Part shown: positions 34,301-49,300 of the stretch, piece by piece | Numbering within the stretch: the first letter of the stretch is position 1 | Layout of the letters: each line of letters begins with the position of its first letter | NCBI RefSeq assembly: GCF_964204645.1 | Contig: NC_134031.1 | Location: forward strand, 13,131,807-13,195,806 | Direction of reading: 5' to 3' | Source: Tubulanus polymorphus | Lineage: Eukaryota; Animalia; Nemertea | Length of the DNA stretch: 64,000 bases | Program-made: the position numbers and the translations under genes | The notes under the pieces: model-generated | Database searches by the model: none | What the model was told of the DNA's origin: nothing | What the model saw: only the letters and a program-made list of their open reading frames with translations

Positions 34301-37300
34301 AATTACTAATGTGGATACATAATAAGTGTCATTCTTATCACTCTGATCACTAGATAGCCCAGAAGACAATGCTTAATGGATTAGTTTAAATCAAAATACA
34401 TATACCTAAGATTCTGGACAGATATTCAGTATATGATCTTTACTCAAATATTGGACACCTAACTTTGAAGAAAATCAATCCCATCAATCCCACAGTTATT
34501 CTTATCGACGAAACTATAGAAATTATGAGATGCTCCTTTGGACAGTTTTGTCCACAGTAAATCCCCAAATAGTATTTGTTTCTTGTCTTGTGAAATATCT
34601 GGAAATTTCTATTATCGGCCTAGTCTTCTCTACACATTCTCATCTCAAATCCTTAAAAATACTTAAGCAAAAACATATCTGAACGCAACATGCTGAGAAT
34701 ATATATCACTTATAACAGCAGTGCATTCATGTTGGGAATATCTTCTTCGTGAGGTCAGATGACCGTAAGCCTATAGATGTTACTAAAAATAACTCTAACG
34801 CTGTACTATTGTTTCTGGATTTAAACTGCCCAGGGTTTCAATTAGTTGCACTTTGCTTTTACATTGATCATCATCACATTAATCAATAACTCCCTGGCCC
34901 TGGGCTCTATAAACCAGCCAATTATTGCATCTACTTGTATAACAGTAATTTATTTCTTTATACTGACCTATTTCCTGGGGTGGAAGGCCGTTCTGGTTCT
35001 TGGTTCTGTTTTCCGCCACCACTGCTTCCCCGGCCCCAACTGAACCCAGGTCGTCCACCAGGACCTAACTGAAAGTTTTCATCCATGGTTGTCTGCAAAA
35101 CAATACAAAAGGTCCATAGACCATGAGATTTTGTTGAGAATATCAAAATTTCCAGATAATTTGGGTAAACGAACAAGAGCCCCAGGCAGGGGGGGTCAAT
35201 GAAGCTTAAGTTATTAACAGAGCTGCCTAAGAACAAGAAACGAAATTCTTAATACCGACTTTACATGATGGTGTATGTTAAAATCCAGTATCAAAATTAA
35301 ATGTCAGTAAATATACTCTAGAATTTAAGCATTTATAATTCATTAAGATTTAATTATAGGCACACTACTAATTCTAACGATTAAGAATATGCGCGCTTGC
35401 TGTTTACCACGGCAGCCCGCAGTTCATGGTTCATTGTGCAACTGCTGACCCAAATTGTCTGCCATTCACTGCCCATGTTATGCCAAATTCACTGCCAACT
35501 GCAGCGACTTAAGAAATGAGCTAATTTTCAAGCCAGTTACCATTTGCGATATTTATGCCATTTTGATTAGAGTACTGATTTTACAGTAGAACTTGCTTGA
35601 TTTGGATCACCTGGGACTGTAAAATTTTGTCCATATTATGTGCTCTTATTTGAATCAAAATACCTTCCTGGAATGTAAGTCCGAAATGAGTGAAACCTCG
35701 AATAAAAGCAATCCGAACTGTGCAATAGCCCAAAAAAATGGCCCTAAGACCCTGTTATCAATCAATGTCATATTCTAGACTCGAGCACGTGGCTTAATTT
35801 ATTAGCACATCAAGGTCATCCATCCGATTTAAGATAAAAGCTATTTTTACCAAACCTTGCAGAATTGTCAATGATATTTTCTGTAGTGCTAATATTCCTC
35901 CCAAAACAAAATTAACTAAGGATTTCACAGAAATTGATCTTGAAATACAATTTTAAATCTTAAAATAAAACCCGAAGTATAATTGGCTTTTTAAAACTGA
36001 TATTTTTGCATGCAGATTTTCGCGAAAAACCTCATTTAAATTTCAACGAGGCCCTTTTTCAAAATTCAGCTCCCTAGGATTTGGAGAATGGATCATGTGT
36101 AAATGAATCATTGTAAGAATATATGCTCAGATGCACAGTCATAGAGCCTTAGCTCTAGAAACCATGTCATGAACATTCGCTCCATTCGTATAGTAATAGG
36201 TGCTCATAGGCTCGGCCTACGGCTGGCCTGGAGTTTTTAACATCTAAAATATACACTACTTGCACAAGATTACTCAGTACAGTAGAAATTATATTCCTAC
36301 AGGCCCCAAGAATTAAATTTGATTGTTACCTTCGGAAGTTTCATTCTGTTAGGATCAATGGGAATTTTTGTTGAAACTGTCACAGTTTTCCAGCCATCTG
36401 ATTCCTGAGATTGACCCATTCCTGATCGGCTACCTACATATAAAAATAAATAATTGGAAACAATTATTTCTTGGCCTCAGACCAATTCTGGGTGCAACCA
36501 TATTGATTTTGTTGGCATTGTGGACTGAACAGAGAAGTTAGCCAAATGAACTCAAATATCTCACCTCTCCTATTATCTTTCTTCAGGTTCATTGCTGGTG
36601 GAACAACAACCATTTGACTTAGAAGTGATTTTTCTGCACTTTCTTTCGCAGCTTCTTTGTGAATTTCAGCAATTGTTTTCGGAGCATTGTCAACTCTTCT
36701 GGGAACCCAGTTGTTCTATAAAACAATTTTTGTCCGAGTTAATGTATTTAATTTGGTATTTTTTTTGTCAAATGGGGGAACACATGCATGTACACACAAA
36801 TTCCATGCCTAATTTATTCAATACAGCATACGCACACATTCTATGCCAAAATTATTTAATAAAATTTCCCTTGAAAGGTTAATAAACGACCAGGGCTCCA
36901 CAGGGATGAAAAACGGCCCATATTGAAAAAAGTCGGAAAATATTTTCAAAAAAAAAGAATTTTTTTGGGGAACAAAAATCAGTAACTTTTAGCCAAAAAA
37001 CTTACTTCCTTTTGGTCAAAATGTTAATAGTTTGGGCCTGAATTAGAGCCGCTTTTTGAATGAGACGTCATATTGGTTTCTCCGACACCACAGTTGTGCT
37101 AACAACTGCCGAAAACCGTCTTAAGGAGCACTCTGGACACTATGGAGCGATTTAGGTGATTAAAGCGCTTGAGGTGATTTACACTGTTCTCAGGAATAAA
37201 GAAAATGTTAGAAAAGGTCGGAAATCCATCTATGGTCGGAAGATTTTCATCCCTGGCTCCAGTACGATCGACTAAGCAGGGATCTCAAGAAGGAAATAAG

Positions 37301-40300
37301 TAGTAGAAAATTGAACTAGTCAGAATCACAGAAAAGATCCCACGAAGTTGGTGCTTGAGCGCCATAGGCGAGATAGGGGTAGCCCCTCGACGCTAGACAG
37401 TTTTAGATTTTTTCCATCCAACAGAGTGGTTTTCCATGAAGATAGAGTGTATCTGCTAATGGACTGGTTGCCTGTTGAATTCTGAGCCTAGACTGTTTGC
37501 CTGTCTAAAGACATGTGTATCTCCTTAACCGTACGACTCCAATCTCCGCTTACACCTCGCCTTCTATAGTGCACTATAGTGATTTTTTCAATGTTAGAAC
37601 GACGATCGCACTAATGATAGCGCATTAAGTGAGCCTCGTCATTCTGAAGCCATCATCGCTAAGAATGACGATGTTGTAATAGCGAATTGGAAAGGCTCAC
37701 CCCACCCTTATTCTAACATCAAATTTACATTGATCTCGGAGACCACACAAAATCACCGGCAAAACAGTGGATTTCCGCTGAACTCTGCGATCCCCGACTG
37801 AGAACATTTTACTTTTTAGCATAGAAATCGATAATCGATAACTGTCTGAAGGGCACAAGGGCGGCTATTTTCAGGGGCGCGGCAGATCGCCCCTCTATTT
37901 TTTGGCTAGATGAAGCACTGAATACATGGATTGCTTAATGCTTCGCCCAATAAGCCGAGGCCCTTCATCAGGAGATTTTAATTCATTGATTTGTCAATTA
38001 GTTTGTCTTAATTGACGATGTATGAGGCTTACAATACATGTCTGCTGATGTGTGAGAGTACTGTGTATATGATAAGACTCACTCAGGTGATTACTAACAC
38101 ACAGAACCATATATTGTAACCTATATTCGCACACGCGGCTGACTGCTGACGTGCGTATATACAAATATACTAGTGCTGCGCTATTAGATTGCCGCTGTGA
38201 GGTGATGAATGAAATGAAGTAACAAAATAGTTCTAAATAGATTATTGGTAGTAAATATTGACCTCAAATATGGAACACACATCAATTTTGATGATCTTCA
38301 GGAGCATTAGAGTGACATAGTTTGGAAAGTAATTACTCAGGTCAGATTGTATCCATCCAATAAGCCAATCATGATATTTTGGGGTAAAAATCTGAGGCTA
38401 GAAAATCGGCTTAGTAGCCGGATAATACAGTACATGGTAATGGGTTTCCCAGCATATGGCAGAACAAACAATACTATTTTCTTGATAATAATGTAGGTGA
38501 GAAAGCCCTTCAGTATCCAACATTGCACTTGAATGTGATATCATTATCTAGAAACAAGGTCAGGCATAGATCAGTTGAATGGGGAAATATTCCAAATTTT
38601 GCACATTTTCTCCTTGAACTTCTTAACAGCTTACAGCTGATGGAGAAAACTTTCAGTAATAATTCCAACCCCTATTTCCCTCATAATGACAAAATATCAG
38701 CTGTGTATATCCAGTGTGGTTACAATTTCTGAGAGCTAACAGAAAGTTAGTCTTAGAGACTATCATACTTATTACGCTTTCGGACTACTATCGAATGAAA
38801 GAGATTCTGGGTGACAGTAGCTAAGGATTTAAGAGTCCAGGTCTGACAGACAGAAGAAATTTTACTAGATTCAATCACCTAATGTAAGCAAGGATATGAA
38901 AAACAACTCACCCTTCGTAACTCAATCACATCTTGTAACATGAATCTTGTGCGGGAACTAACTTCTTTCTTCTTAATGATTTTTTCCTTTTGCTGGAAAT
39001 ACTGATCCATTCTTGGCTACAAAACAGAAATTACAACGCTGTATCAAAGAAAAGAAATTTTATTCATTTAATTTTTTGTTTGAGTCCACAGATACCACAC
39101 AACACCACTTCGAGTCTGATAAAATTCTTGATTAAGATTATCGATGCTCAATGGTACTAGTGTACAAAATGAAATGACCTTACATCTAATCACAATCACC
39201 AAACGTTGTCATGAATAACAACTTTATAACAAGGTGCCCATGGGCACTGTAAGATTCAGTGCAGAAGTTAGTGAACTGAAGGAGTTAATCATATCCACCA
39301 TACTAGACCATACATTGGTTTAGTAAGTTTAGAAATTTTAGAAATGGAAGGTGTTTTCCAAGCACTTTGAGCGATCTTGAACCCATGATCGAATATTATA
39401 TTTTGGAAAGTAATGGCTATTTCCAATGTGGCATATCCTCATTCGATGACAATCGACATCTCATGCATTACGGGTCGAGCCCTGGATTATTGCAGCTAAA
39501 ATGCGTGAAGGAAATTTATTTTGCACCCTTGCAAAAGAATAATCTTTACCTTGCCCTTTTCATGGTCTAGCTCTTTACCAATAGTTGAAAGAAGACGGCA
39601 TAAACATTCCAAGTTATCTTCGTCATTAGACTTTAATAACGTTACTATACACTCATGCATGATGTTTTCAGTGAGCATGTTCAATTTGAACAGTTCACCA
39701 ATAAACCTGTTATAAGAAGAAACATATAAACATTTCAGCTAAAATGTGGTATGCCATGTGTGTCTCCCCGGAGTAAGCCAACTGTAATGGAGGAAGAAAT
39801 TGATAACAGGTAGCACCTATTGTATACTTTACATATCAGCAAATTTCACTTAATTGCACATCAACTGGTTAAGAATTGTTGGTTCAAACCAGTAACATGC
39901 CAACAAGAAATTCAAGATGGCTGCCCTGGAGGCCATAGGCCTATTAAATTGCCCAATCTTCACATCTTGTTCTGAGATAAGCCATTCAGATTTGAGCTAG
40001 TTTCACTCATGGGAAAATTCAAGATGGCAGTTATATAAATAAGGTGGCCATAGTTGATAACCTCCATTTTCAGTAGAAGTGGACATCGCACCTGCCCCAA
40101 TCCTCATACCAAGTTTCAGGAATATCCATCAAGAAAAGCAGGCTGTGTCTTGTTAACAAAGGCTACCAGTCTGCCATAATGATTCAGATGGGCCAACTTT
40201 AGGGCTGCAGATGTGTGTAGGGTAGATGCATCTTCAGTCAACCTTGTTTAATCCACCTCTGGTTTAACTGTATAAGTGCTTATTCCGTACAATATTTAGA

Positions 40301-43300
40301 TTGGTGTTCCAGTTCATAAGTTATTCCCTTTAAGATTCTTATTCATATCACCTGTCTAGAACATACGGTTCCAGTGGGAAAATAAAGCAGTGCATACACT
40401 GATGCTAGTGTACATTTGATTCAAAGAAACAAAATAACAGGTGCTGAATGTCTTTGACCTCCCCATCTAATGATGGTGCTTGGTTTTGCACTGATTTCAA
40501 ATTAATTTGAAATCAGTGCAAATTCGCTCATTCCCTGACTTTTCCGTAGCATGTGTGTTGTTTTCCTTGACTTGATCTTCTATGAATCCACTCAATCAAC
40601 AGTCAAAAGACATAGATAAGAAGTGGTTAATTGTACATGGGATCTAACTACATTAACTAATTTCCCAGACTTTCCCTCATTTTGGCTTTTATTACAAAAT
40701 TCCCAGACTTTCCTCTGGCTTACAGAAAAAAATTCCCCGACTCCCAGGTGGTCACCCAGATTTAATTGTGGCCACATGACTTAGTAGGCAATCTAACCAT
40801 CCGTAAACTGGATAGTACATGGGTAATGCGTTGAAAGTTATAGTCAATACAGATTATCATACAAGTTTATACCCAGATCAGAGGGCCAAAAATGAAGTTG
40901 AATGGCAGTTTTTCTACCATAATCTCTGAATTGAGCCTTTAGGGCATTACATCACTTACCTTATGTTACCTATAGACCTTCGTTTCGATTTAGCATACGC
41001 GTAATTTAATTCTTCTTGTAATACTTTCTTTTCTTCTTCCTGTTTGAAATCAAAATAAATTCATGAACTACAGAACAGGACAATTAATGGCCAAACTGAC
41101 AAACAGACTGACAAAAAGATAATGCAAAGGACTAAATTCCTCAGTGGATTTAAAATCAGGTCATTCCATGTCTTTCAAAAATGTTTTTTCTGAAAACTGA
41201 GGTCAACTTTTACCCAGGGTATATAAATAAAGGACCATGGATCCAGTAGGATCAACTGAATACATTTTATTCTTTAGCACAAAAACGGATTTGTTCTTGG
41301 ATTTGCAATGATGTATAAACAGCTGATAAAGATGAAATAATCGTAGACTTTGTAGTAAGCATGTTCACCTTTGATGATATACATGGTAATGGGTTTTCCC
41401 TTCGAGTCACAAGTACATGGTAGAACAGTTCTAGATAATGTCACTGGGAAAGCCCTTCTAGAGGAATTTCCAAGTGATGCCCTTCTGAAGGGCTTTCCCT
41501 GTGATGTCAGGAAACAAGGTCAGGCATCCATTAGTAGAGTGGGGAAAAATTCAGTGAAGTTTTGTACATTTTCTCCCAGCACTTCCAAACCGCTTAGAGC
41601 TGATGGACAAAACTTGCCATATCAATTCCAATACCTATTTCCCCCCTAATGACAAAATATCAGTTCTGTATATCCATTGGTTACACTTTGTGCCACCAAG
41701 AGCTTACAGAAAGTTACTCTCAGAAACATTCTATAAGGATCAACACAGTTGATCCAAAAAATCCAATTTTTAAGGCCAAAATCCAAAGTCACCTTTTACA
41801 TAAGTATATACAGTATGTACAATTTATACGCCTTACCGTTGCGGCTTCTTCGATTTTCTTCTTTGATTGTTCCATATCTGTTTCACTTGCTCGATCTTTT
41901 TCGAACTCTTTCTGACAACGGTTGAGCAATATGACTCGTGGTTTTATGTCCACTGGCAATTTCAACTGAAAATACGAGATTATACTGATCAATTAAAGCG
42001 TTCTAAAACTGAAACTGCACTTTTAGCAGGTCATCTACAAACTTTCAGATCTAATATACCAGCTACATCAAAAACTAACCTGTTGTATTCTTTGACACAT
42101 GTGAGCATATGGCACACTGAAACTCGGTTCATCGATAGCCTAAATAAAACAATCATAAAATGAAATGAGTTTTAAAATCAATATCTGTTACAGAAGCAGC
42201 ATTCGTCATAATTACCAGTCATCCTGAGAAACCAATAACACAAATGTAAAAACACCAAAATCTCATGTGCGCAACATATTTCCGACAGGTCAAATTGCAT
42301 ACCTTTTCAAATATAAGATCTATGACGCCCCGTAGTCGGTCAGCAGTGTCGATTTTTAAATCCATCATTTGGTTGACTAGAGTTTGGAATTTTTGTGGCG
42401 TCAGTTTATTCAGAATACTACGCACTCTCTTATAAAGATCCTACAAACAAAAAATAAACCATGTTATACTAGAACCCAAAGAGGCCTGAATGCAACTTCT
42501 TCATCATGATTATGAAAAGCAATTTTCCTCTAGGTCCATAGATGAAGCGGTGCAGTTAACTTTGCAAATGCAAGTGATTTGATGTCAAGTGCAGCATTCA
42601 GTTCGAAAGAACATGCTGGCATAGGCAAAACCTATCATAGTAATACATTTTAGGAGGCAATTTAAAAAATGCGTTTTTTATAACCAGCACATCTATACCG
42701 GTATATGTTATTTCGAATAGGTGGATGAAATTTTACCAACACTTCAATACAATGGCATTAACCTACTGAAGCATTTCTCATTAGTTTACTGAATAATTTT
42801 AGAAATAAATAAGCAAACAGCTGGTTTCATTTTACAAATAATTTGAGAAATAAATGAGCAAAAGCTGGTTTCATTTTACAACAATACTAATAGGGATATA
42901 TAACTGCTACATATCTATTGCACAATCACTAACAGCTACACATGAGGTGTCATTCTGCTGCAGAGGCTGTTAGCACACATACATTGACACAAGGAGTGAG
43001 GTTCGGTGATTTTGACTCGGACATCTTGATCCTGATCGTACCAGTTTTTAGGCAGAAGATGAATCTATAGTAACTTCCCAAAATAACTGGATTCCGTCTA
43101 CGGCCAAATGGACAAAAAGTGAACGCAATAGCCCGCTGGGACTTAAGTCCCAAGTGGGCTAAACTAAGGGATTCAAAGCTCCACCAGCACGAATTAAGGA
43201 CTTAGATAGAATTGTATGGAAAGTAACAGATGTTGAGAAAGCAGACCCAAAAAAAGAACAATATGATAAATTTTCAGTAATATCTAAAGTTTTTCAGTAA

Positions 43301-46300
43301 CAAGCGTGTAATGTATAATATGACGCTGGATTGAAAAAAAACGGTTAATTTTACTTGATTTTGCGTTGCACTTGTTTTTTTTTCATTTCAATTGTCAATC
43401 TGATATTTTAGGTTTGTAATACTGGCATGAGATGTGTAGATTATAATTGTCAACTCCTAATACTACTAATGCTTAACTTGTCACTAGTCAGTACAAAAAA
43501 ATGAGCGTGAGGCTCTACAAAACATTCATGCAAGGAAACTTAACTGTGTAACAACTTCAAAATGGTGGACACCCCTTCTCTTTGTTGTTGGTTTCTTGTT
43601 AAGGTTTATCACTTATATCAGATAAAATGACGTCTAAATCCAAAAATCATCGCAATCCTTGTCGTGGTAGCCGCCATTATTCATAACAGACACACTGATT
43701 ACAGCAGAGAACCGTTGCAACTGGTTGGCAGTGAGAAGTTGTTGTTAACATTTTTTTTCTAATTCATTTTTCATTTTTACCAAATAAATAACGCAGAATC
43801 ATCGATTGATACAAAAATAAATCAACTTAGGTTACTTCCAAAAAAAACAAGAGGACTTCTAAGTCCTGAGGTTCGAAGAAGCTAAGTCTGATGTATCAAT
43901 TAAAAATAACATAAAAGAAAGGCAAATTATGGAAAAGAAATTAATATTCAATTTGAAAAGTTTGCTTAAAAAAAATTCAATTTGTTTTCTGTTTGCATTG
44001 TGCATGTGGTAATGTTATTGTTTACATCTGACATCATCAATAAAATAAGGCGCGCAGCTGAGCTTGCCTGACAATCAACACAATTCATTTACACTAAAAA
44101 TGCGCTTACTTGAAAACTATGTAGTGTATCAATCTGGAATTTTCGTCACAATATCCAATGCTAAATACCTTACTTCAAAGGTTTATTTGGTGTAAATCAG
44201 ATCACAAATATTTCTAATATTTTGTTCTTAACTTTCGAAGTGGAGGCCGGTGTCGGCATCAACGTGTGTATGGCCGTACATACGGGTACTGGCGCTTTAA
44301 CAGGCTCAGCATTGATGGTGTATTTATGCGCGAGTAGATGTAATGATTTGTTTTAACCGCTAGATCGGCGTTCATTATGCATGATTTAAAAAAATGATAT
44401 TATTCAGAGTATTTGAATATATTTATCATGATAATTATAATATTCTTAAGACAAGGAATTGCGTATGTGGACCTATTTCATTGAGGCGTATCACTCAATC
44501 TGAAAAAAAATCTTCCGATCCAGTCATGTGACTTCATGACTGCAACTTGACGATAGCTTAGGTTGTCATTCTTCGAACCAATGATTCAACGCCCCAAGCA
44601 ATCAATGTTGTTATTTTTATAACAGTGTGTGCTGTATCTTTATAAGACATGCGAGAGAGTATATAAAATATATTGATAGTAGTAGGTTGCCCCGGTGAAA
44701 GCCAGCTGATAGATGTACTGTATTGAATGTGTGCAGGAAGACACGTGTATGCCAGTGGTCTGTGTAAACAGTGATATTGATTGGATGCTTGGCGCGTACA
44801 TCAACTAGCATAACGCGCGGCATGCGCTAAAGGACTCCTATTTTAGTTTCCAAAGTAAAATCAACATGTTTAAACTTTTTTCGCGACATATTTTTAAAGA
44901 AACAACGCTTGAGTTTTCCGTAAAACATAATGAAAATAGACTTAAATTGAATTTTTGAACACCCACTCGTAACAGCCACTCGTTATTTGTGCGGTCAATC
45001 CGTAACGATTACGGGAAAATAGTAACAGTTGGCAGGTCTAAGAAAGTACTGAATATGATGTCTCAAGATTCAGTAAGGGAAACGAGAAATTGAGCTTAAC
45101 TGTGCATTGGTAAAAATAGCCTCAAAACAGCTTAAAAGGTAAAGAGGACCAAAAATGTTATTAAGGAGAAATAGATTTGTCATGTCTCAAATTTATCAAT
45201 AAAGGGACACAATGGAACAATCCTTTTATATTTCTTGGTTTGGTTCATATCCATTTTTCATGGCCATTCAATACACGGCAGTACTCAGCCATATATTTAA
45301 TTTAAGTTGCAACCTATGTTTTCAGCATAACCATAGTGCTGATCTGCCTACCAGATAATGATTGCGCAGCAATCCAGAACTGAACCCACAAATTGGTATG
45401 AAAGTCAAGCACATGCACTGGCACATCTACCCATGTTATAAGGCCCACTAGTATCATTTTCCTAACTGAAAACCCAATCTCAGTAGGGAACTGAACTGGC
45501 CACGTATTTACGGTGTGAACGCAGATTCGACGCTTAGCTAGCCGCGTATTTACATCCTTGTAGTTCGCTACACTCAACACTAATTACACTCCCTTCTATC
45601 GGCACACCAGATGACTACCACGCTAGGCTTACTAAGTGCCGAATTGCCAACTCGTCGTGTGAATGTAACTGGCTGTATTTATGCCATATTTTGGTGAATT
45701 CAGCACCAGCGAAGTACAATTCTTCATAATTGCCGAATGTAGTGTGAACACGGCTATATATACCTCAGTTTCCATTTCTTCTTGATCACGTTCCAATTTG
45801 TCTTTGCCTCGTGATGGTTTCCATGCATTCTCTGCACGCTTTAACTTCACTTGACCAATCTGCATGTCGATTACTTTTTTAGGCATATCTTTTCCTCCGC
45901 GATCACGCTGCTGACTACGGTTTTTGTCCATGCTACGAGAACCACTCTGAAAACAGAAAACGAGTCAAAATTCTTATTTGAACTAGCAGAAAACTCGTCT
46001 TTGACAGGTTTAAATGGAGTTTTTGGTGGTGCCAAGGGAAGATGAGGCAAAGATCAATGCAAAGGCAGGTTCAGGGAGAATCCTGAACCTGCCCTTGGTT
46101 CAGGATTCTGAACCAGAATCAAAGGGAACCCAGATAGATACCCCTCTCTTCAGATAAAATGTCATCCTAAAAATCCTATTTGATCTTTTTCATATTTTCA
46201 GAGTCAGCACAATCAACCTCGGTTAATCCTTATCGCTAGGGAAGTTCTTTAGTACAGATTAATCATAATCCAGTTAAACTATCATTTAAGTGCATAAATC

Positions 46301-49300
46301 GTAAAATAGCAGATTTACAAATGTTTATATTGCCTAAAATCATGTGGCTACAATAAAGACACTTAATACGACCTTCATTAAATGGAGGAGCTTGGGACTA
46401 TGACAGTGATAGATAACTTCAGTTATATTTTCAGTTTATATTTTCTTCAGTGTATATGCATGTTCCCAGCTTACGAAAGATATTTAAAAACAGGACCAAT
46501 TTTTTATTTATAAGCACTTATACAATTTAACCAGGCGTAGACGCATCTAAGAGTAATAACAAACTGCACATAGGAAAAGTTTCCCTTTAATAGTCGACAG
46601 GTCAAATACGTCATATTGATATTGTAGCTGGATAGCAGAATATGTTAGTGTTACTTACCATTCTACCACCACCTAAAGCCGACCTGACAAATCCAGGCGT
46701 GAAGTCAATCATCATTGGACTAGCTCGTGTGTCCATCTGTCGTGGCTGTAAAAACAGCATGATTATCATTTTGAAAAAATTTTGTCATTGTCATAATTAA
46801 TATACACTGCTTTTTAACACAATATATACCTTCTCAAGAATGACATCAGGTAATCTAGGCAAACCATCAGGTTTTGCTTTACAGGTTCCTTGTAAACTCA
46901 GTAAGAAATCTCTGTCATAGATTCGTTTGCCTTCAGGATTCAGTGGACTCCATTGGTCTGAAACAGTGCATGCCAAGTAAAATAGATCAGCGGGACACCA
47001 CAACCACTGAGTAGTTTGTTTATCTGACAATTTCTTCTCAACCCGGATGTACAGAATTCAGACTCAAACTTCAGACTTCAAACTCATCACAATCAAAGAA
47101 CAGGTCATATAATTCATCAATTGAATTTGGTCTCAAAATTAATGAAATGCAAATAAAGAAAAAAATATGACATCTAACTCCTGTTAAATTACTGGCCACA
47201 TTTTTTTCTATAACTGTTCACTACAATATAAGGGCAGCAGATAAGTCCTAGGGTACAAATGCCTCGAATATCTAAACAGCCCATCAAACAGTATTGATTA
47301 CTTCCCACAATAACTTGATTAACTTCCAACAAGAAGTGCTAAAAACAATAGACCCGGGTAGGCTTTTAACTGACATAAATATCAGAGAAAAAGACAATTT
47401 TCTGGAGAAAAATAAACTGATCTATTCAATTAAGAAGTTTGCCTAGTATGTCATACCTTCCTTGTAGTGGTATTTCAATACCAAATGAGCTTCTTTATTT
47501 TTTTCAATTAAATCATTGCTAGACGGCTTAACATTTTGTGCAGGCGTTACATTATTCACTGCTGATTCTGATGGAGCTTGGCCGGCATTTTTCTCATTTT
47601 TCTCTTGTACTTTCGCTTGTTCAGCTTCCTGGCTTGGTTCTGTGGTAGTAGTTGCAGCCACAATTTGGTGAATGTGGTTCGTTTGTTTTGTGTCCACGAT
47701 CACGGCTGATTTTGGTGGTTTCTCAGTCTCCGTAAACACTGGAGCAGGAGTAGCAACCGGACCTGCTATAGGAGTAGCAGGAGTTATTGTTGGTACTGGA
47801 GGCTGTGTCACCGACTCTTCTTTAGCCTGAAAACATTTATAAATGTTCAAACCATGATGCTTTACCCGCGCAGTAAAAGAATTCTCCAAATTTTTTATAA
47901 CAATCTTGTCATCAGGTACTGATATTATTACAATGCCTTAACTGACCCTTAACCAATAACATACCCACATCAAATTTTATGAAATTCTGATAACGAATAT
48001 AAGAGAAATGGAAAATGTTTTTTATAATTTGTTTAAGCATTTTGCGTCCCCATCCGCTGTTTAAAGTAGGAAACTACAAAATTGATTTTTTTTGTTATGG
48101 ATTAATGCTTAATATTGAGAGTTAGTGACTCCAACTGCTGTTGGGTGGCGTGACACAAATATGTGCTACCTCTACTTAATGAACACCTTTCTAAAGTGAA
48201 CATTTTTTCCAGAACCCCAAGCGTTCACTATAGGGCGGTTATACTGTAGATACAATACATGTGTAGGTGGTACAATGCAAAAAATAGTTAAATATCAAGA
48301 CTATAAATCAACCCCGTTGATATTTTCCTAAAAAAACCTTCACATTCACATGAGGACTGGCGAGTCAATGATTGTAGTGTTATCATCTTACCGAAACTGA
48401 TGGTGATTCACTTTGCATGAATAGATCCATATCTGAACCTTCTTTCGCCTTGCCCTTCTCATTTAAATCTTTCATTTTCTGTTTTCGACTCTTCTTGTCT
48501 TTCACTGAAAAAGACAAAGCCACAATAAATAATGAGTAAATAAAAGAGCCACAATGAGCTAAAGTAAATAAAAGAAATTGTGTAGGACAGCCCCACTCAT
48601 TGATCTATCCGAATAGGGTTGGCAGGGATGCATAACTGTGGACCTGTGTTTTATGTAATAATGCTAATAATACTGGCTGCCATTTTTTGTTTCACAACTT
48701 CCATCGTCTGAACATGACGCACTAGTACAGTGCCAGACAAACCAGATGAAGATCAGTGATTGCCATGGGGATAAAGGAAATTAAGATCATCAGGCAACAC
48801 AGTAGACCAGTGTTTCGAACTCAACATGCACATACTTGAACTAACCGAGAACCCTCCACATGGTCCTCATGGGCTGGGGAGAACATATAACAGTCATTAT
48901 GTCATATTGATAAGTACATAAAACAAGAGCCCCAAGGGGCACTATGGCCAGCCTGTCAGCTTTTCATAAAATGGCAAATGATACATTCTCTGGGTTATAT
49001 TTGTCAAAATACACTCCCAGCTCAATGCCATTATAACAATAATTTACAAAATGCAATTGCATTTTCATAAGTAGCACAGACAGCGACTGGAGCTGGCAGG
49101 AACAAATACCTCAGATGAATCTTTTCCCTTGGTCTTATTAGGCTATTGATTTAAATGCAGAGTAGAATTAAATTTTCTGAAATTTGCTCAATAAAACAAA
49201 ATGGAATTGGATTTGATGTTTCATTTGTTCAATGAAGCAAAATTTAATTGGATTTAATTTTTTTTTTTTTGCAGAATAAAATTTGCAGTTTGAGCACATG

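Noticed and set aside
37934-37974. Second hammerhead-like motif on the minus strand (CTGATGA...GGGCGAAG)
   Set aside because: GAAG instead of GAAA, three extra bases before stem II and no clear stem I or III; at best a dead PLE remnant
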